From NCBI GenBank assembly GCA_050916045.1, contig CP051526.1:160001-224000 (forward strand): DNA of 64,000 nt. Direction: 5' to 3'. This DNA comes from Tepidisphaera sp. GTDB taxonomy: Bacteria > Planctomycetota > Phycisphaerae > Phycisphaerales > UBA1924. Both the position numbers and the translations under genes were made by a program. The notes under the pieces are model-generated. The model was not told the DNA's origin, ran no database searches, and worked only from the letters and a program-made list of their open reading frames with translations. Below, piece after piece: positions 39,001 to 48,663 of this stretch (position 1 is the stretch's first letter; each line of letters begins with the position of its first letter).

Positions 39001-42000
39001 CACGACCTTCGGCGGGAACGTCGGAACGACCAGCTCGCTGGCTTCGCTGACGACCAACTCGGGCGGATCGACGGTGCTGACGGGCGATGTGACGACGACG
39101 GGTGCGCAGCTTTACCAGGACGCGGTGCTTCTGGACGGCAACGCGACGCTGACGGGTGCGGGCATCCGATTCGCGTCGACGCTGAACTCTCAGGGAGCCA
39201 ACCGGACGCTCGCGATCGTGGACACGGGCCTGACCCGGTTCGACGGGGCGGTCGGCGGGGTGCTTTCTCTCGCAAGCCTGAACGTCAGCGGCGGCGGCAC
39301 GACGCAGATCGGCGCCAACATCACGACGGACGGAACGCAGACGTACTCGAACGCGGTGACGGTCGCGGCGGACCTCACGCTCGCGAGCACGACCGGTGCG
39401 ATCAACTTCAACAACACGGTCGACGCGACCACGACGGGCATCGACCTGACCGTTACGTCGAGCACGGGGACGGTCATCGCGGGCGCTGTGGGCGGGACCA
39501 CGGCTCTTGGAAGCGTGACGTTCAACGGCGGCCCGATCACCCTGAGCGCGGACGTGACGACCACCGGCCTGCAGGCCTACACGACGGCTTTGACCCTCGC
39601 GGGCGATGCGACCCTGACGAGCGGGTCGGGCGGGGCGATCACGTTCGGGAGCACGGTGGACGGTGACGCGGCCGGACGCAACCTGACGGTCAACACCTCC
39701 GGCACCACGACGTTCACGGGTGACATCGGCGGCGTTCAGGCCCTTCAGAATCTCACCACTGACGCGGCGGGCGCTCTGGTGCTGGGCGGAGTTGTGACTC
39801 TGGACGGAACGGGCACGTTCAACGGCTCGGCGATCTCCTTCGGGAACAACATCACCGCGACGACGGTGACGTTCGGCGGGCCGGTCACCCTGACGGGCAA
39901 CTCGGTGCTCAACGTCGTCAACGCCACGTTCTCCGGCACGGTGAATGCGGACGATGAAGCCAACAACCGCACGCTCCAGGTCGACCTGTCGGTCGGCGGT
40001 GTGCTGACGTTCTCGGGCGCTGTGGGCGGCACCGAGCGTCTTTCGACGTTGACGGTGACCGACGCGGGCGCAGCCCAGACCATCATCGGCGCGAACATCT
40101 CGACCCTCGCCGCTCAGAGCTACGCCTCGGTGGTGACGGTCGCCGGCGACATCACGCTCGCGGGAACGAACATCACGTTCGGTTCCTCGATCGACGCGGA
40201 TGCGGCGGCGAACAACCGCTCCCTGACGATCAGCACGACCGGCGGCAGCACGGTGACGTTCTCCGGAGCCATCGGCGGCGTGGAATCGCTCGGTTCGCTG
40301 ACCGTCACCGACAGCGGCGCAGGCACGACGATCCTGTCGAACAACGTGACCACGAGCGGGGCCCAGGCGTTCAATGAGAACGTGACGCTCGCCGGCGACG
40401 CGACGTTCACCTCCTCGGGCGGCGCGGCGATCCTCTTCGGCGGGACGGTTGACTCCGACGGCACCGCCCGCGCCCTGACGGCGGACACCGCCGGCACGAT
40501 CACGTTCACCGGCGCGGTGGGCGGGATCAGCGAGCTTTCCTCGCTCACGACGCTGAACGGCACGACGGTGATCTCCGGCGGGCTGGTGAACACCACCACG
40601 CTGCAGAGCTACGGCGGTGCGGTGAACATCACCGCGAACACGACGCTGGTAAGCGATGAGATCGACTTCAACGGGAACGTGACGGGTACCGGGTTCACCC
40701 TGGCCTTTGAGACGTTCACGGGCGGAGCCAACATCGAGCTCGGCGGCGCGGGCGGCACGGGCGCTCTGGACCTGACCTCGGCGGAACTCGCGTTCCTGCA
40801 GGACGGGTTCGCGGGCCTGACTTTCGGCGATGCGTCGATGGTCGGATCGGTCATCGTCGCGGGCGCGATCACGCTGACGGACGCGACGACGTTCCTGGTC
40901 GATACCGGCAACGGCGGGACGATCCGCCTGGCGGGGAACGTGACAGTCAACGACGTCACCAACGCCGCGACGATCACCTTCAGCGGGCCGGTCATTCTCG
41001 AGGGCGACATCACGGTGGCTTCGACGGGCGTGGGTGCCAACGGCGACATCACCTTCGGCGATGTGATCAATGCCGACGCGGCCGCGAACAACCGCATCCT
41101 GACGGTCAATAGCCAGGGCGCGGTGACGTTCACGGGTGTGGTCGGTGGGGTGGAGGCACTGGGCGGCTTGGTGACCGATGCGGGCGGCACGACCCGCATC
41201 ACGACGGACATCACGACCGTCGCCGCCGGCAACCAGACGTACGGCGACAGCGTCGTCCTGCTGGGCAACGCGACGCTGACGGGCAACAACATCTCCTTCG
41301 ATGGGACCATCAACGCCGACGCGGCCGCGAACAACCGCGACCTCATCGTCAACGGTGCGGGCGCGATCACGTTCAGCGGCGCGGTCGGCGGGACCCAGGC
41401 CCTGAATTCGCTCACGACGGGCGGCGCGGGCACGGTTTCGATCCTCGCGGCGATCACGACCGCGGGCGCCCAGCTCTACAACAACGCGGTGACGGTCAAC
41501 AGCTCGCAGCTGACGGGCGGATCGCTGACGTTCGGCTCGACGGTTGATGCATCGGCCGCCGGTCAGGATCTTCTGGTGACCTCGACGGCGGGCGACATCG
41601 TCTTCTCGAGCGCGATCGGCGCGACGACGGCTTTCCGCGATATCACGACCAGCGCGGCGGCGACCTTCGCCAATCGTCTGGGCGGCAACGTGACGGCGGA
41701 CCGGAACATCACCCTCGGCGGGGCTTCGGTGATCACGAGCTCGATCACGATGACTTCGCAGCGGATGACCTTCGGTACGACGCTCGACGCGGACGCGGGC
41801 GGCCGGACGCTGACCCTGACGTCGACGGCGACGACCGGCTCGGCGGCGACGCCGCTCTTCCGGTTCGGCGGGAACGTCGGCTCGACGGTCGCGTTCCAGA
41901 CGATCACGTTCTCGGCGGTCTCCTTCGCGGATCCGGCGTTCTCGACGATCCTGTTCGCTCCGACCTCTCCGTTCGGCGGCGACGGGTCGGTCGCGTTCGG

Positions 42001-43156
42001 CAACAACATCAGCCTGAACGCGGACACGATCGATATCCAGGACGGGCACCGCGTGACGGCCTTGGCGAACTTCACGATCAACGCGACGGACCTGACCGTG
42101 GGCGACATTACCTCGGCGGGCAATCTGAACATCACCGCGACGAACATGATCACGATCCGCGTCCGTCCGGGCGGCCGGTCGGAGACCTCTCCGGGCAGCG
42201 CCGACAACGGGCTTGACCTGGGCGCGGACTGGATCGCTCTCGGGAGCATCACCGCCAACGGCGCGGTGCAGTTCGACGACGGCGGCGTGATCTCCGGCAC
42301 GCTCCCCGGCGGCCGCCAGTTCTCGCTGGCGACAGGCCAGGGTGGCGTGGTCGGCGGCACGGCGACCTCCGGTTTCCCGGCGTCGACGCTGGTTCTGACC
42401 TCACAGTTCGCTTCGGCTCTGTTCAACAACGGCGGCAACTTCCTGTCGCTGGACCTGACGTCGAAGACGACGCTGGATCAGCCCCCGATCGCCGGGCTCA
42501 CCCCGCGGATCGAGGTCGATGCGGTCTCCACGCCCCAGCCGGTGACCTCCGAACTCGCCGAGTTCATGCGGTCGCTCGACATGTCCCTCAAGGATGAGCT
42601 CTCGATCGATGATCAGCTCGAAGCCCTCATCGGCCGGGCTCTCTACATCGACATGGCCAACCCCGAGTTCGCCTCCGCCAAGGATCGCTACCGAGTGACC
42701 CGCGAGCGTCTGACCACCGAGAACGTCAAGCCTCTCCGCGACACGTTCCGCGCGGTCTTCCAGCGCGAGGATGGCGTCAAGGACGACGGCTCGCCGAACT
42801 TCGTCGACGACAGCAAGCGCGTCCGCGACACCCTCGGCAAAGCGTGGAAGGCCTACAAGACCTCTTCCGACAAGGCCGACGGCATCGGATTCCGCAAGTT
42901 CCTCGAAGCCGATCAGGCCAACACGGACAACTCGGCGGCGCTCGAGATCCTCGACGGGATGCAGGTCCTCTTCGATCAGATCGACCGCCTCGGCCTGTCT
43001 GACTTCGAAGCCGTCCGTCCCAAGAACAGCATCATCAACCGCGCTCTCTCGCCCGACATCGGCACCAACGACGCCGCTCGCCAGATCCTCCGCGACGCCA
43101 TCATCGGCGAACAGCTCGAGGAAGAGGTTGACGGCATGGCGCTGGCCACCCCGTAA
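36035..43156 (+). CDS. TpsA filamentous-haemagglutinin-like adhesin (2373 aa)
   Basis: Extended signal peptide; TPS domain (LNRI, VNPAGVIF, GGFIETSG, WVIDP); many T/G-rich beta-helix repeats. Confidence 0.9.
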   Translation: MKTNTRGTNAGDTLGASIGGAVGRKLWTLAKVAGRAAGLRSVGGAAVIAGLLAAASTTSVIAGPEGEQVVVGNVTFTRQGNLWIITASNGAIINYASFDILPYETVRFIQPSQLSTVLNRINSAAPTLIQGRLEANGNVFFVNPAGVIFTNTSTVNVGGLYAAAGNLSNEDFLSGNMRFTGLQGQVSNSGNITANAVAMVGREVSNHGSIIAHGGTVVMAAGEEVFIGREGSSVFTQIQGASGSGGQNAGVTNTGRIDARGGQVTMSAGDADGMAIFNTGVIRGNNITIEGQGRGDVMVRGVVDASSDAGRGGEITITGERVGLFNARIDASGTWGGGTIRIGGDAGGQGDTRRADYVFVDENTTVRADAHEFGDGGRITFWGTEATRIAGDLSAMGGIRSGNGGFIETSGGYIALAGTPDLQARAASGRGGQWVIDPNDITIVAGGGNTNINAADPFASADDNAQLGVDLITAALGNGVSVSITTTNSGADSQLGNITLATNLSYTGTGNATLTLNAHNNIVFNTGTTVTGSAAGGLNLVFNADSDNDGSGNVNLNNAAITLNGGSLTVSANVEDFTTSAGGSINTGGGNLTLNNTGVNTLAANMNLGAGAFSSATTGLTTVSGTLTAGSVNVAGLTALNGGTVTTTGGTQTYTGAVTLGANTTLIGTTITFGSTVDSSGGARTLTVNGAGVFNGNVGGLSSLSSLTVTGAATLTNASVTTVTTQTYGGAMNIGGSATTLTGTSISFQNTLDTTVDLTIASTGDVTFTGIASFGGNTTIGGTNITFSSLVQTDVAGDGLRDLTLNGSAITSFFSNVSSGTRRFANITSNGAGSAIVLGTVEATGNIVLSDGSITFASGATSVTAGGDITIGGNASLGANMVFSGANVTFSGTVNDDAAATQRTLTVNSAGTTTFASTVGATRALAALITDAGGTTILTGNVSTTGGQTYNDAVELAGDVVISGATITFASTVDSDGTARALTVNDSGVTTFGGNVGTTSSLASLTTNSGGSTVLTGDVTTTGAQLYQDAVLLDGNATLTGAGIRFASTLNSQGANRTLAIVDTGLTRFDGAVGGVLSLASLNVSGGGTTQIGANITTDGTQTYSNAVTVAADLTLASTTGAINFNNTVDATTTGIDLTVTSSTGTVIAGAVGGTTALGSVTFNGGPITLSADVTTTGLQAYTTALTLAGDATLTSGSGGAITFGSTVDGDAAGRNLTVNTSGTTTFTGDIGGVQALQNLTTDAAGALVLGGVVTLDGTGTFNGSAISFGNNITATTVTFGGPVTLTGNSVLNVVNATFSGTVNADDEANNRTLQVDLSVGGVLTFSGAVGGTERLSTLTVTDAGAAQTIIGANISTLAAQSYASVVTVAGDITLAGTNITFGSSIDADAAANNRSLTISTTGGSTVTFSGAIGGVESLGSLTVTDSGAGTTILSNNVTTSGAQAFNENVTLAGDATFTSSGGAAILFGGTVDSDGTARALTADTAGTITFTGAVGGISELSSLTTLNGTTVISGGLVNTTTLQSYGGAVNITANTTLVSDEIDFNGNVTGTGFTLAFETFTGGANIELGGAGGTGALDLTSAELAFLQDGFAGLTFGDASMVGSVIVAGAITLTDATTFLVDTGNGGTIRLAGNVTVNDVTNAATITFSGPVILEGDITVASTGVGANGDITFGDVINADAAANNRILTVNSQGAVTFTGVVGGVEALGGLVTDAGGTTRITTDITTVAAGNQTYGDSVVLLGNATLTGNNISFDGTINADAAANNRDLIVNGAGAITFSGAVGGTQALNSLTTGGAGTVSILAAITTAGAQLYNNAVTVNSSQLTGGSLTFGSTVDASAAGQDLLVTSTAGDIVFSSAIGATTAFRDITTSAAATFANRLGGNVTADRNITLGGASVITSSITMTSQRMTFGTTLDADAGGRTLTLTSTATTGSAATPLFRFGGNVGSTVAFQTITFSAVSFADPAFSTILFAPTSPFGGDGSVAFGNNISLNADTIDIQDGHRVTALANFTINATDLTVGDITSAGNLNITATNMITIRVRPGGRSETSPGSADNGLDLGADWIALGSITANGAVQFDDGGVISGTLPGGRQFSLATGQGGVVGGTATSGFPASTLVLTSQFASALFNNGGNFLSLDLTSKTTLDQPPIAGLTPRIEVDAVSTPQPVTSELAEFMRSLDMSLKDELSIDDQLEALIGRALYIDMANPEFASAKDRYRVTRERLTTENVKPLRDTFRAVFQREDGVKDDGSPNFVDDSKRVRDTLGKAWKAYKTSSDKADGIGFRKFLEADQANTDNSAALEILDGMQVLFDQIDRLGLSDFEAVRPKNSIINRALSPDIGTNDAARQILRDAIIGEQLEEEVDGMALATP
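37900..41900 (+). repeat. Imperfect ~80-100 aa repeats in TpsA (boundaries approximate)
   Basis: Recurring 'ITFxxTVD...RxLTVN..GxxTFxGxVGG...L.SLT...VTTxGxQxY..AVT', e.g. DADAAANNR / NADAAANNR. Confidence 0.75.
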
Positions 43157-43193
43157 AAGCGGCGTTCGGACCGAATCCTGAAGCCTTCTCGAT

Positions 43194-43227
43194 GTGCGGG
43201 ATCCGAACGGATCCCGCACTTTCTTTT
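43194..43227 (+). terminator. Intrinsic terminator after tpsA
   Basis: GTGCGGGATCCG-AA-CGGATCCCGCAC followed by TTTCTTTT. Confidence 0.8.
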
Positions 43228-43325
43228 GAATCTTCTCCCAGCGCGCAGGAAGGGCGTGTTCGTCGGCTTTCTGGTATCCTCCCCCAGGATCGGCTGGGAA
43301 TTCACCACGCGCTGGCGAGCAAGTC

Positions 43326-44402
43326 ATGGGATTGGATATCGAGTCACTTCTCAAGCCGCTGTCGGACGCCGACCCCTGCGGGGAAGATCTGCGCTACGAC
43401 CGGCGAGCCCTTGAGATTCTGCGGATGGCGGAGGGCAAGGAAGGCTCGGTGATGGGGGATCAGGTGATCCCCGGCGAAGAGCCTGACTGGCGCGAACTCA
43501 AAGATGGCTGCCTGGAGCTTCTGGCCCGGGGACGCGATCTTCGGGTCTCGGTCGCTCTGTCGCTTGCGTTGCTGAAGCTTGAGGGTTTCGCGGGTTTCGC
43601 GGACGGTTTGGCGCTGATCCGGGGGCTTTTGGAGCGGCACTGGGCTTCGGTCCATCCCAAGCTTGATCCCGATGATGGGAACGACCCGACGGAGCGGGGA
43701 AACATCATCGCGACCTTCAACGCTCCGCTGGGCACCTTCGGCGAGAAGATGAGGTTCGCCGAGCGGATCATGGCGGCCCCGCTTTGCGATTCGCGGCAGT
43801 GGGGGCGGTACGGTCTGCGGGATGTTCGGGTCGCTTCGGGCCAGCTTGACGCGGGAGCCCTCGATTCCGGTCAATCCCCGCCGGATGTCAAGGTGATAGA
43901 ACGGGCGTTTGACGACACCGACGCCGAGACGCTCGCGGCGCTCGAACGCTCGACGGGCGAAGCACTTAAGCACGCCGAAGGGATCGACAAAGCGTTTGAA
44001 GCGGGCGCGGGGGTCGACAAGTCTCCGGAGCTTTCGGGTTTCATCACCCTGCTCAAGGACGCTCATGGTCAGGTCAGGCGTCAGAAAGAGCGTCTGGCCG
44101 GCGGAGGGGGGTCGGCGACCGAGTCACCGTCGGGCGCGGCGGGCGGTGGGGCGGTCTCGTCTGCGCCGGGGGGCGGCCTTCGGCTGGATGGTGAGCTTGC
44201 GAATCGGGAGCAGGTGGCGCAGCTTTTCGAGAAGATCTACCGTTACTATGAACGAGTCGAGCCTTCCAGCCCGGTTCCGCTGCTGATGAAAAGCTGCGAA
44301 AAACTGGTCGGGAAGCGGTTCACGGATATTGTCAAAGTGTTGACGCCGGACGCGGTGGCGCTGCTGGAACGACTGGCGGCGGACGAGACGCCCGCGGGCT
44401 GA
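43326..44402 (+). CDS. tssA: T6SS TssA (ImpA N-terminal domain)
   Basis: LLKPLSDADPCGEDLRYD, PDW, RDLRV, EPSSPVP. Confidence 0.9.
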   Translation: MGLDIESLLKPLSDADPCGEDLRYDRRALEILRMAEGKEGSVMGDQVIPGEEPDWRELKDGCLELLARGRDLRVSVALSLALLKLEGFAGFADGLALIRGLLERHWASVHPKLDPDDGNDPTERGNIIATFNAPLGTFGEKMRFAERIMAAPLCDSRQWGRYGLRDVRVASGQLDAGALDSGQSPPDVKVIERAFDDTDAETLAALERSTGEALKHAEGIDKAFEAGAGVDKSPELSGFITLLKDAHGQVRRQKERLAGGGGSATESPSGAAGGGAVSSAPGGGLRLDGELANREQVAQLFEKIYRYYERVEPSSPVPLLMKSCEKLVGKRFTDIVKVLTPDAVALLERLAADETPAG

Positions 44403-44445
44403 AGGATGGAATCAGGGAGGGGCGGGGAGCAACAAGGAGCAGGCT

Positions 44446-44958
44446 GTGGCGAAGGCGAGCAGTCAGAAATTCGTGGCGAGAAACCGGGCCCCGCGCGTGC
44501 AGATCGAGTACGACGTGGAGCTTTACGGCGCTCAGAAGAAGGTGAACCTGCCGTTCGTGGCGGGCGTCATGGCCGATCTGTCGGGCAAGCCGGCCGAGGC
44601 TCTTGCGCCGGTCTCGGACCGCAAGTTCCTCGAGATCGACGTCGACAACTTCGACGAGCGTCTCAAGAGCATGAAGCCGCGCGTGGCGTTCAACGTGCCC
44701 AACACCCTCACGGGCGAGGGGAACATGGCGGTGGACATCACCTTCGAGAGCATGGACGACTTCTCCCCCGCCGCGGTGGCGAAGAAGGTCGAGCCGCTCC
44801 GCAAGCTGCTGGAAGCCAGGACGCAGCTTTCCAACCTGCTCACCTACATGGACGGCAAGAGCGGAGCGGAAGAACTGATGAGCAAAGTGATGAGTGACCC
44901 GACGGTGCTGAAGGCTCTGGCTTCGGCGCCCAAGCCTCAGGAGGGCGGCAATGGCTGA
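44446..44958 (+). CDS. tssB: T6SS sheath small subunit TssB
   Basis: RAPRVQIEYDVE, LPFVAGVMADLSG, DDFSP. Confidence 0.95.
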   Translation: MAKASSQKFVARNRAPRVQIEYDVELYGAQKKVNLPFVAGVMADLSGKPAEALAPVSDRKFLEIDVDNFDERLKSMKPRVAFNVPNTLTGEGNMAVDITFESMDDFSPAAVAKKVEPLRKLLEARTQLSNLLTYMDGKSGAEELMSKVMSDPTVLKALASAPKPQEGGNG

Positions 44959-46441
44959 GACCCAAGGACAATTCATCCCCGCTGGTCTGCAGATGGAAGG
45001 GACGGACCTCGAAGCGCTGCTTCAGAAGGAGTTCAAGCCCAAGACCGGGAACGCGACCTCCGCTATTCAGCAGGCGGTCCGCACGCTCGCCGAGATCGCG
45101 GTCGACCAGACCAAGCTGATCTCCGACGACGCGGTCAAGTCCATCCAGGCGATGATCGCCGAGATCGACAAGAAGCTGAGTCAGCAGGTCAACGCGATTC
45201 TGCACCATCCGGACTTCCAGCAGTTGGAAGCGGCGTGGCGCGGGCTCGCCCACCTGGTGAACAACACCGAGACCGATGAGACGCTCAAAATCCGCGTCCT
45301 GAACATCAGCAAGAAGGATCTCGCCAAGACCCTGGGCAAGTTCAAGGGCACGGCGTGGGATCAGAGCCCGCTCTTCAAGAAGATGTACGAGAACGAGTTC
45401 GGCACGCCTGGCGGCGAGCCCTTCGGCGTGCTCGTGGGCGACTACCACTTTGACCACACGCCGCCGGACGTCGAGATCTTGAGCGGCATGGCGCAGATCG
45501 CGGCGGCGGCGCACGCTCCGTTCCTCGCGGGCGGTTCGCCCAGCGTCATGAACATGGAAAGCTGGCAGGAGCTCGGCAACCCGCGCGACCTGACCAAGAT
45601 CTTCCAGAGCGCCGAGTATGCCCCCTGGCGGAGCTTGCGCGAGAGCGAAGACAGCCGGTACATCGGTCTTGCGATGCCCCGGTTCCTGTCTCGCCTGCCG
45701 TACGGCGCCAAGACCAATCCCGTCGAGGATTTCGCGTTCGAAGAGGACACCGAGGGCGCGAAGCACGACAAGTACACGTGGGCCAACGCGGCCTACGCGA
45801 TGGCCGTCAACGTCACCCGAGCGTTCAAGCTTTACGGGTGGTGCTCTCGGATCCGCGGCACCGAGTCCGGCGGCATGGCCGAGGGCCTGCCGTGCCACAC
45901 GTTCCCCACGGACGATGGCGGCGTGGACATGAAGTGTCCGACGGAGATCGCGATCACCGACCGGCGCGAAGCGGAACTGGCGAAGAACGGGTTCATGCCC
46001 CTCAGCCACTACAAGAACACGGACTACGCCGTGTTCATGGGCGCCCAGAGCCTGCACAAGCCGGCCGAGTACAGCGATCCGGATGCGACGGCGAACGCCA
46101 ACCTCGGCGCCCGCCTGCCGTACCTGTTCGCGACCTGCCGGTTCGCCCACTTCCTGAAGTGCATGGTTCGGGACAAGATCGGCAGCTTCAAGGAGAAGTC
46201 CGATATGCAGTCGTGGCTGCAGGACTGGATCCTTCAGTACGTGGATGGCGATCCGGCTCACAGCAGCGAAGAGGTCAAGGCTCGCCGGCCGCTGGCCGCG
46301 GCGGAAGTCCAGGTCGAGGAGATTCCCGGCAATCCCGGGTATTACTCATCCAAGTTCTTCCTGCGGCCGCACTACCAGCTTGAGGGCCTCACGATCTCCC
46401 TCCGGCTGGTCAGCAAGCTGCCGTCCGGCAAGACGAAGTAA
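44951..46441 (+). CDS. tssC: T6SS sheath large subunit TssC
   Basis: ILHHPDFQQLEAAWRGL, AHAPF, CPTEIAITDRRE, LRPHYQLE. Confidence 0.95.
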   Translation: MAETQGQFIPAGLQMEGTDLEALLQKEFKPKTGNATSAIQQAVRTLAEIAVDQTKLISDDAVKSIQAMIAEIDKKLSQQVNAILHHPDFQQLEAAWRGLAHLVNNTETDETLKIRVLNISKKDLAKTLGKFKGTAWDQSPLFKKMYENEFGTPGGEPFGVLVGDYHFDHTPPDVEILSGMAQIAAAAHAPFLAGGSPSVMNMESWQELGNPRDLTKIFQSAEYAPWRSLRESEDSRYIGLAMPRFLSRLPYGAKTNPVEDFAFEEDTEGAKHDKYTWANAAYAMAVNVTRAFKLYGWCSRIRGTESGGMAEGLPCHTFPTDDGGVDMKCPTEIAITDRREAELAKNGFMPLSHYKNTDYAVFMGAQSLHKPAEYSDPDATANANLGARLPYLFATCRFAHFLKCMVRDKIGSFKEKSDMQSWLQDWILQYVDGDPAHSSEEVKARRPLAAAEVQVEEIPGNPGYYSSKFFLRPHYQLEGLTISLRLVSKLPSGKTK

Positions 46442-46645
46442 ACCGCGAGAGGGAGGATGCGCGCCCGAAATCCGGATTTGCGTCTATCTCAAGCGGAGAG
46501 TCGGGCGGCGGGGGCCGCGAGTCTGAGGAAAGAGAGAGCCTCAGGGGGTGGGGGAGGGCCTCGGGAGCGTTCCCGGGCGCAGAGGTATGGGTTGGCGGTG
46601 GGACGATGCGGACAAGCCGCGTCGACATTGAAGGAGCGGTGGTCC

Positions 46646-47137
46646 ATGGCATTCGACGCATTTCTGAAGCTTGGCGATATCAAGGGCGAGACGGGCGACA
46701 GCGTTCACAAGGACGAAATCGAGGTTCTCTCGTTCCACTTCGGCGTCTCGAACCAGGGCTCGAGCGGTGCGGGGTCTGGTGGCGGTTCGGGTAAGTGCCA
46801 GGTGCAGGACTTCTCCTTCGTCAAGAAGGTGGACAAGTCCTCCCCTGTGCTCTTCCAGCACTGCGCGACCGGCACCCACGTCAAGGACGCGATGTTCGTG
46901 GTCCGTAAAGCGGGCGGCACGCAGCTTGAGTACCTCAAGATCAAGCTCGTCGACATCCTCGTGTCCTCCGTTCGTCCGGGCGGCTCCTCCCAGGGCACGG
47001 AAGACATCCCGATGGAAGAGGTTTCGCTGAACTTCACCCAGATCCAGATCGACTACCAGCCCCAGGGCCCTGATGGCAAGGCGCTCGGCGGTCCGATCCA
47101 CGGCGGCTGGGACGTCAAGAAGAGCGTCAAGGTCTGA
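46646..47137 (+). CDS. hcp: T6SS tube protein Hcp (TssD)
   Basis: AAGGAG SD; MAFDAFLKLGDIKGE, KKVDKSSP, EEVSLNF, GWD. Confidence 0.95.
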   Translation: MAFDAFLKLGDIKGETGDSVHKDEIEVLSFHFGVSNQGSSGAGSGGGSGKCQVQDFSFVKKVDKSSPVLFQHCATGTHVKDAMFVVRKAGGTQLEYLKIKLVDILVSSVRPGGSSQGTEDIPMEEVSLNFTQIQIDYQPQGPDGKALGGPIHGGWDVKKSVKV

Positions 47138-47204
47138 TCAATGCTGGCTGGAGGCCCGGTGCCGGCCGGCAGCCACACCAACTCTTGAGCCGAGCTTGAC
47201 CACC

Positions 47205-47241
47205 AACCGGCGTGCCGCCATCGGCATGCCGGTTTCTTTCT
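47205..47241 (+). terminator. Intrinsic terminator after hcp
   Basis: AACCGGCGTGCCG/CGGCATGCCGGTT followed by TCTTTCT. Confidence 0.65.
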
Positions 47242-47287
47242 GGTACCCTATAGATGCCGCACGCGGCGGTGACCCCAAGGAGCCGAG

Positions 47288-48100
47288 ATGAAAGCCGCAG
47301 AGTTTCTCAAGCAGGGTCGGCTCGCCGACGCTCTCAAAGCGGCCGAGGATGCCGTTCGCAATGAGCCCGCCGCGGGCAAGCCGCGCGTGCTCCTTGCACA
47401 GATCCTCGCCGTCATGGGCGTCTGGGATCGGTGCGTCGCTCAGCTTGAGGTCGCCGGCAAGCTCGAGCCCGGCAACCTGCTGATGGTGCAGGTCTGCCGT
47501 CATCTGGTCGCCGGTGAGGGGTTCCGCCGTGACGTCTTTGCCGGCAAACGCCAGCCGCTCCTGCTTGGCGAGCCTCCGGCGTGGGCCGCGATGATGGTTC
47601 AGGCCCTCGGCCAGACCGCCGCGGGCCACCACGCCGCCGCCGCTTCCCTCCGCCAGCAAGCTCTTGAGCTCGCGCCCGCCCGGGGCGGCACCCTGAACGG
47701 TCAGCGGTTCGAGTGGATCGCGGACGCGGATAGCCGGCTTGGCCCCATTCTTGAAGTGATGGTCGACGCCAAGTACTACTGGGTGCCGATGTCGCGTCTC
47801 GCGTCCCTCAAGGTCGATCAGCCGGCCGATCTTCGCGACGTCGTCTGGGCGCCGGCCACGTTCACGTGGACCACGGGCGGGACGCAGGAGGGGTTCATCC
47901 CCGCGCGATACGCCGGGACGGAGAACGCCGGGTCGGACGTTCACAAGCTCGCGCGGCAGACGCAGTGGGACAGCCTCGAGGGCACGGAGGAGTTCGCGGG
48001 GATCGGTCAGCGCATGCTCGCGACCGATGAAGGCGAGACCCCGATTCTCGAGGTTCGCTCGCTCGTCTTTGATCCCGAGGGGAGCGTGGCGAATGGGTGA
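47288..48100 (+). CDS. tagJ: T6SS accessory TagJ (ImpE/SciE)
   Basis: WIADADSRLGPILE, YYWVP, LRDVVW, IPARY, GIGQR. Confidence 0.9.
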   Translation: MKAAEFLKQGRLADALKAAEDAVRNEPAAGKPRVLLAQILAVMGVWDRCVAQLEVAGKLEPGNLLMVQVCRHLVAGEGFRRDVFAGKRQPLLLGEPPAWAAMMVQALGQTAAGHHAAAASLRQQALELAPARGGTLNGQRFEWIADADSRLGPILEVMVDAKYYWVPMSRLASLKVDQPADLRDVVWAPATFTWTTGGTQEGFIPARYAGTENAGSDVHKLARQTQWDSLEGTEEFAGIGQRMLATDEGETPILEVRSLVFDPEGSVANG

Positions 48101-48596
48101 ACTCACACCCAGTGAGAAGCTGCAGCCCTCGCTGCTGGACCGGCTCACGGACGAAGAGCGCTCATCGCGTGTGGAAAGCCGCGACAAGCGTGTGATGTCG
48201 ATGAAGCAGCTTCGGTCGGCGGTGCTCCGCGATCTTTCGTCGCTTCTCAACACGAGCGCCGCGCCCGCGAAGGATCCGATCTACGAGTTCCCGCTTGCGA
48301 GCGTCTCGGTCGTGAACTACGGCCTGCCCGACGCGACCGGCATGAGCTCTTCGGGCCTGAGCCTGGGAGAGATGGAGTCGCGGATGCGCCGGGCCATCGA
48401 GCGGTTTGAGCCCAGGATCGTGACGCGGACGCTTCAGGTGCGGGCGGATCTGCACGAAGGCTCGCAGCGTTCGCCGTCCTTGATCTCTTTCGAGATCTCC
48501 GGGGAGTTCTGTCCGCTCCCCGTTCCCGAAGCGTTGTATGTGAAGACCGAGATGGATCTGGAAACCGGGAGCTTTGACGTGAGCGCCAACGGCTGA
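48093..48596 (+). CDS. tssE: T6SS baseplate TssE (gp25-like)
   Basis: LQPSLLDRLTD, LLNT, NYGLPD, FEPRI. Confidence 0.92.
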   Translation: MGELTPSEKLQPSLLDRLTDEERSSRVESRDKRVMSMKQLRSAVLRDLSSLLNTSAAPAKDPIYEFPLASVSVVNYGLPDATGMSSSGLSLGEMESRMRRAIERFEPRIVTRTLQVRADLHEGSQRSPSLISFEISGEFCPLPVPEALYVKTEMDLETGSFDVSANG

Positions 48597-48618
48597 CGTT
48601 GCCAAGGCAGTCGTGATT

Positions 48619-48654
48619 GGAAGTTTGGCTGGAAGTTTGGCTGGAAGTTCGGCT
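48619..48654 (+). repeat. 3x 12-bp tandem repeat GGAAGTT(T/C)GGCT directly before the tssF SD
   Basis: Units at 48619, 48631, 48643, then GGAGGA. Confidence 0.85.
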
Positions 48655-48663
48655 GGAGGATCG

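Noticed and set aside
37900..41900. Repetitive DNA as possible CRISPR array or mobile element
   Set aside because: Degenerate in-frame protein repeats of TpsA; no identical repeat-spacer structure
35993..42049. 2018-aa minus-strand ORF (and similar long ORFs such as 50199-54818, 25765-28758, 2034-4511, 62658-63974)
   Set aside because: Antisense shadows of real high-GC genes; Arg/Val-rich translations without recognisable motifs
36035..43156. TpsA as a CdiA contact-dependent toxin
   Set aside because: No VENN/pretoxin motif and no downstream cdiI; a terminator follows the stop
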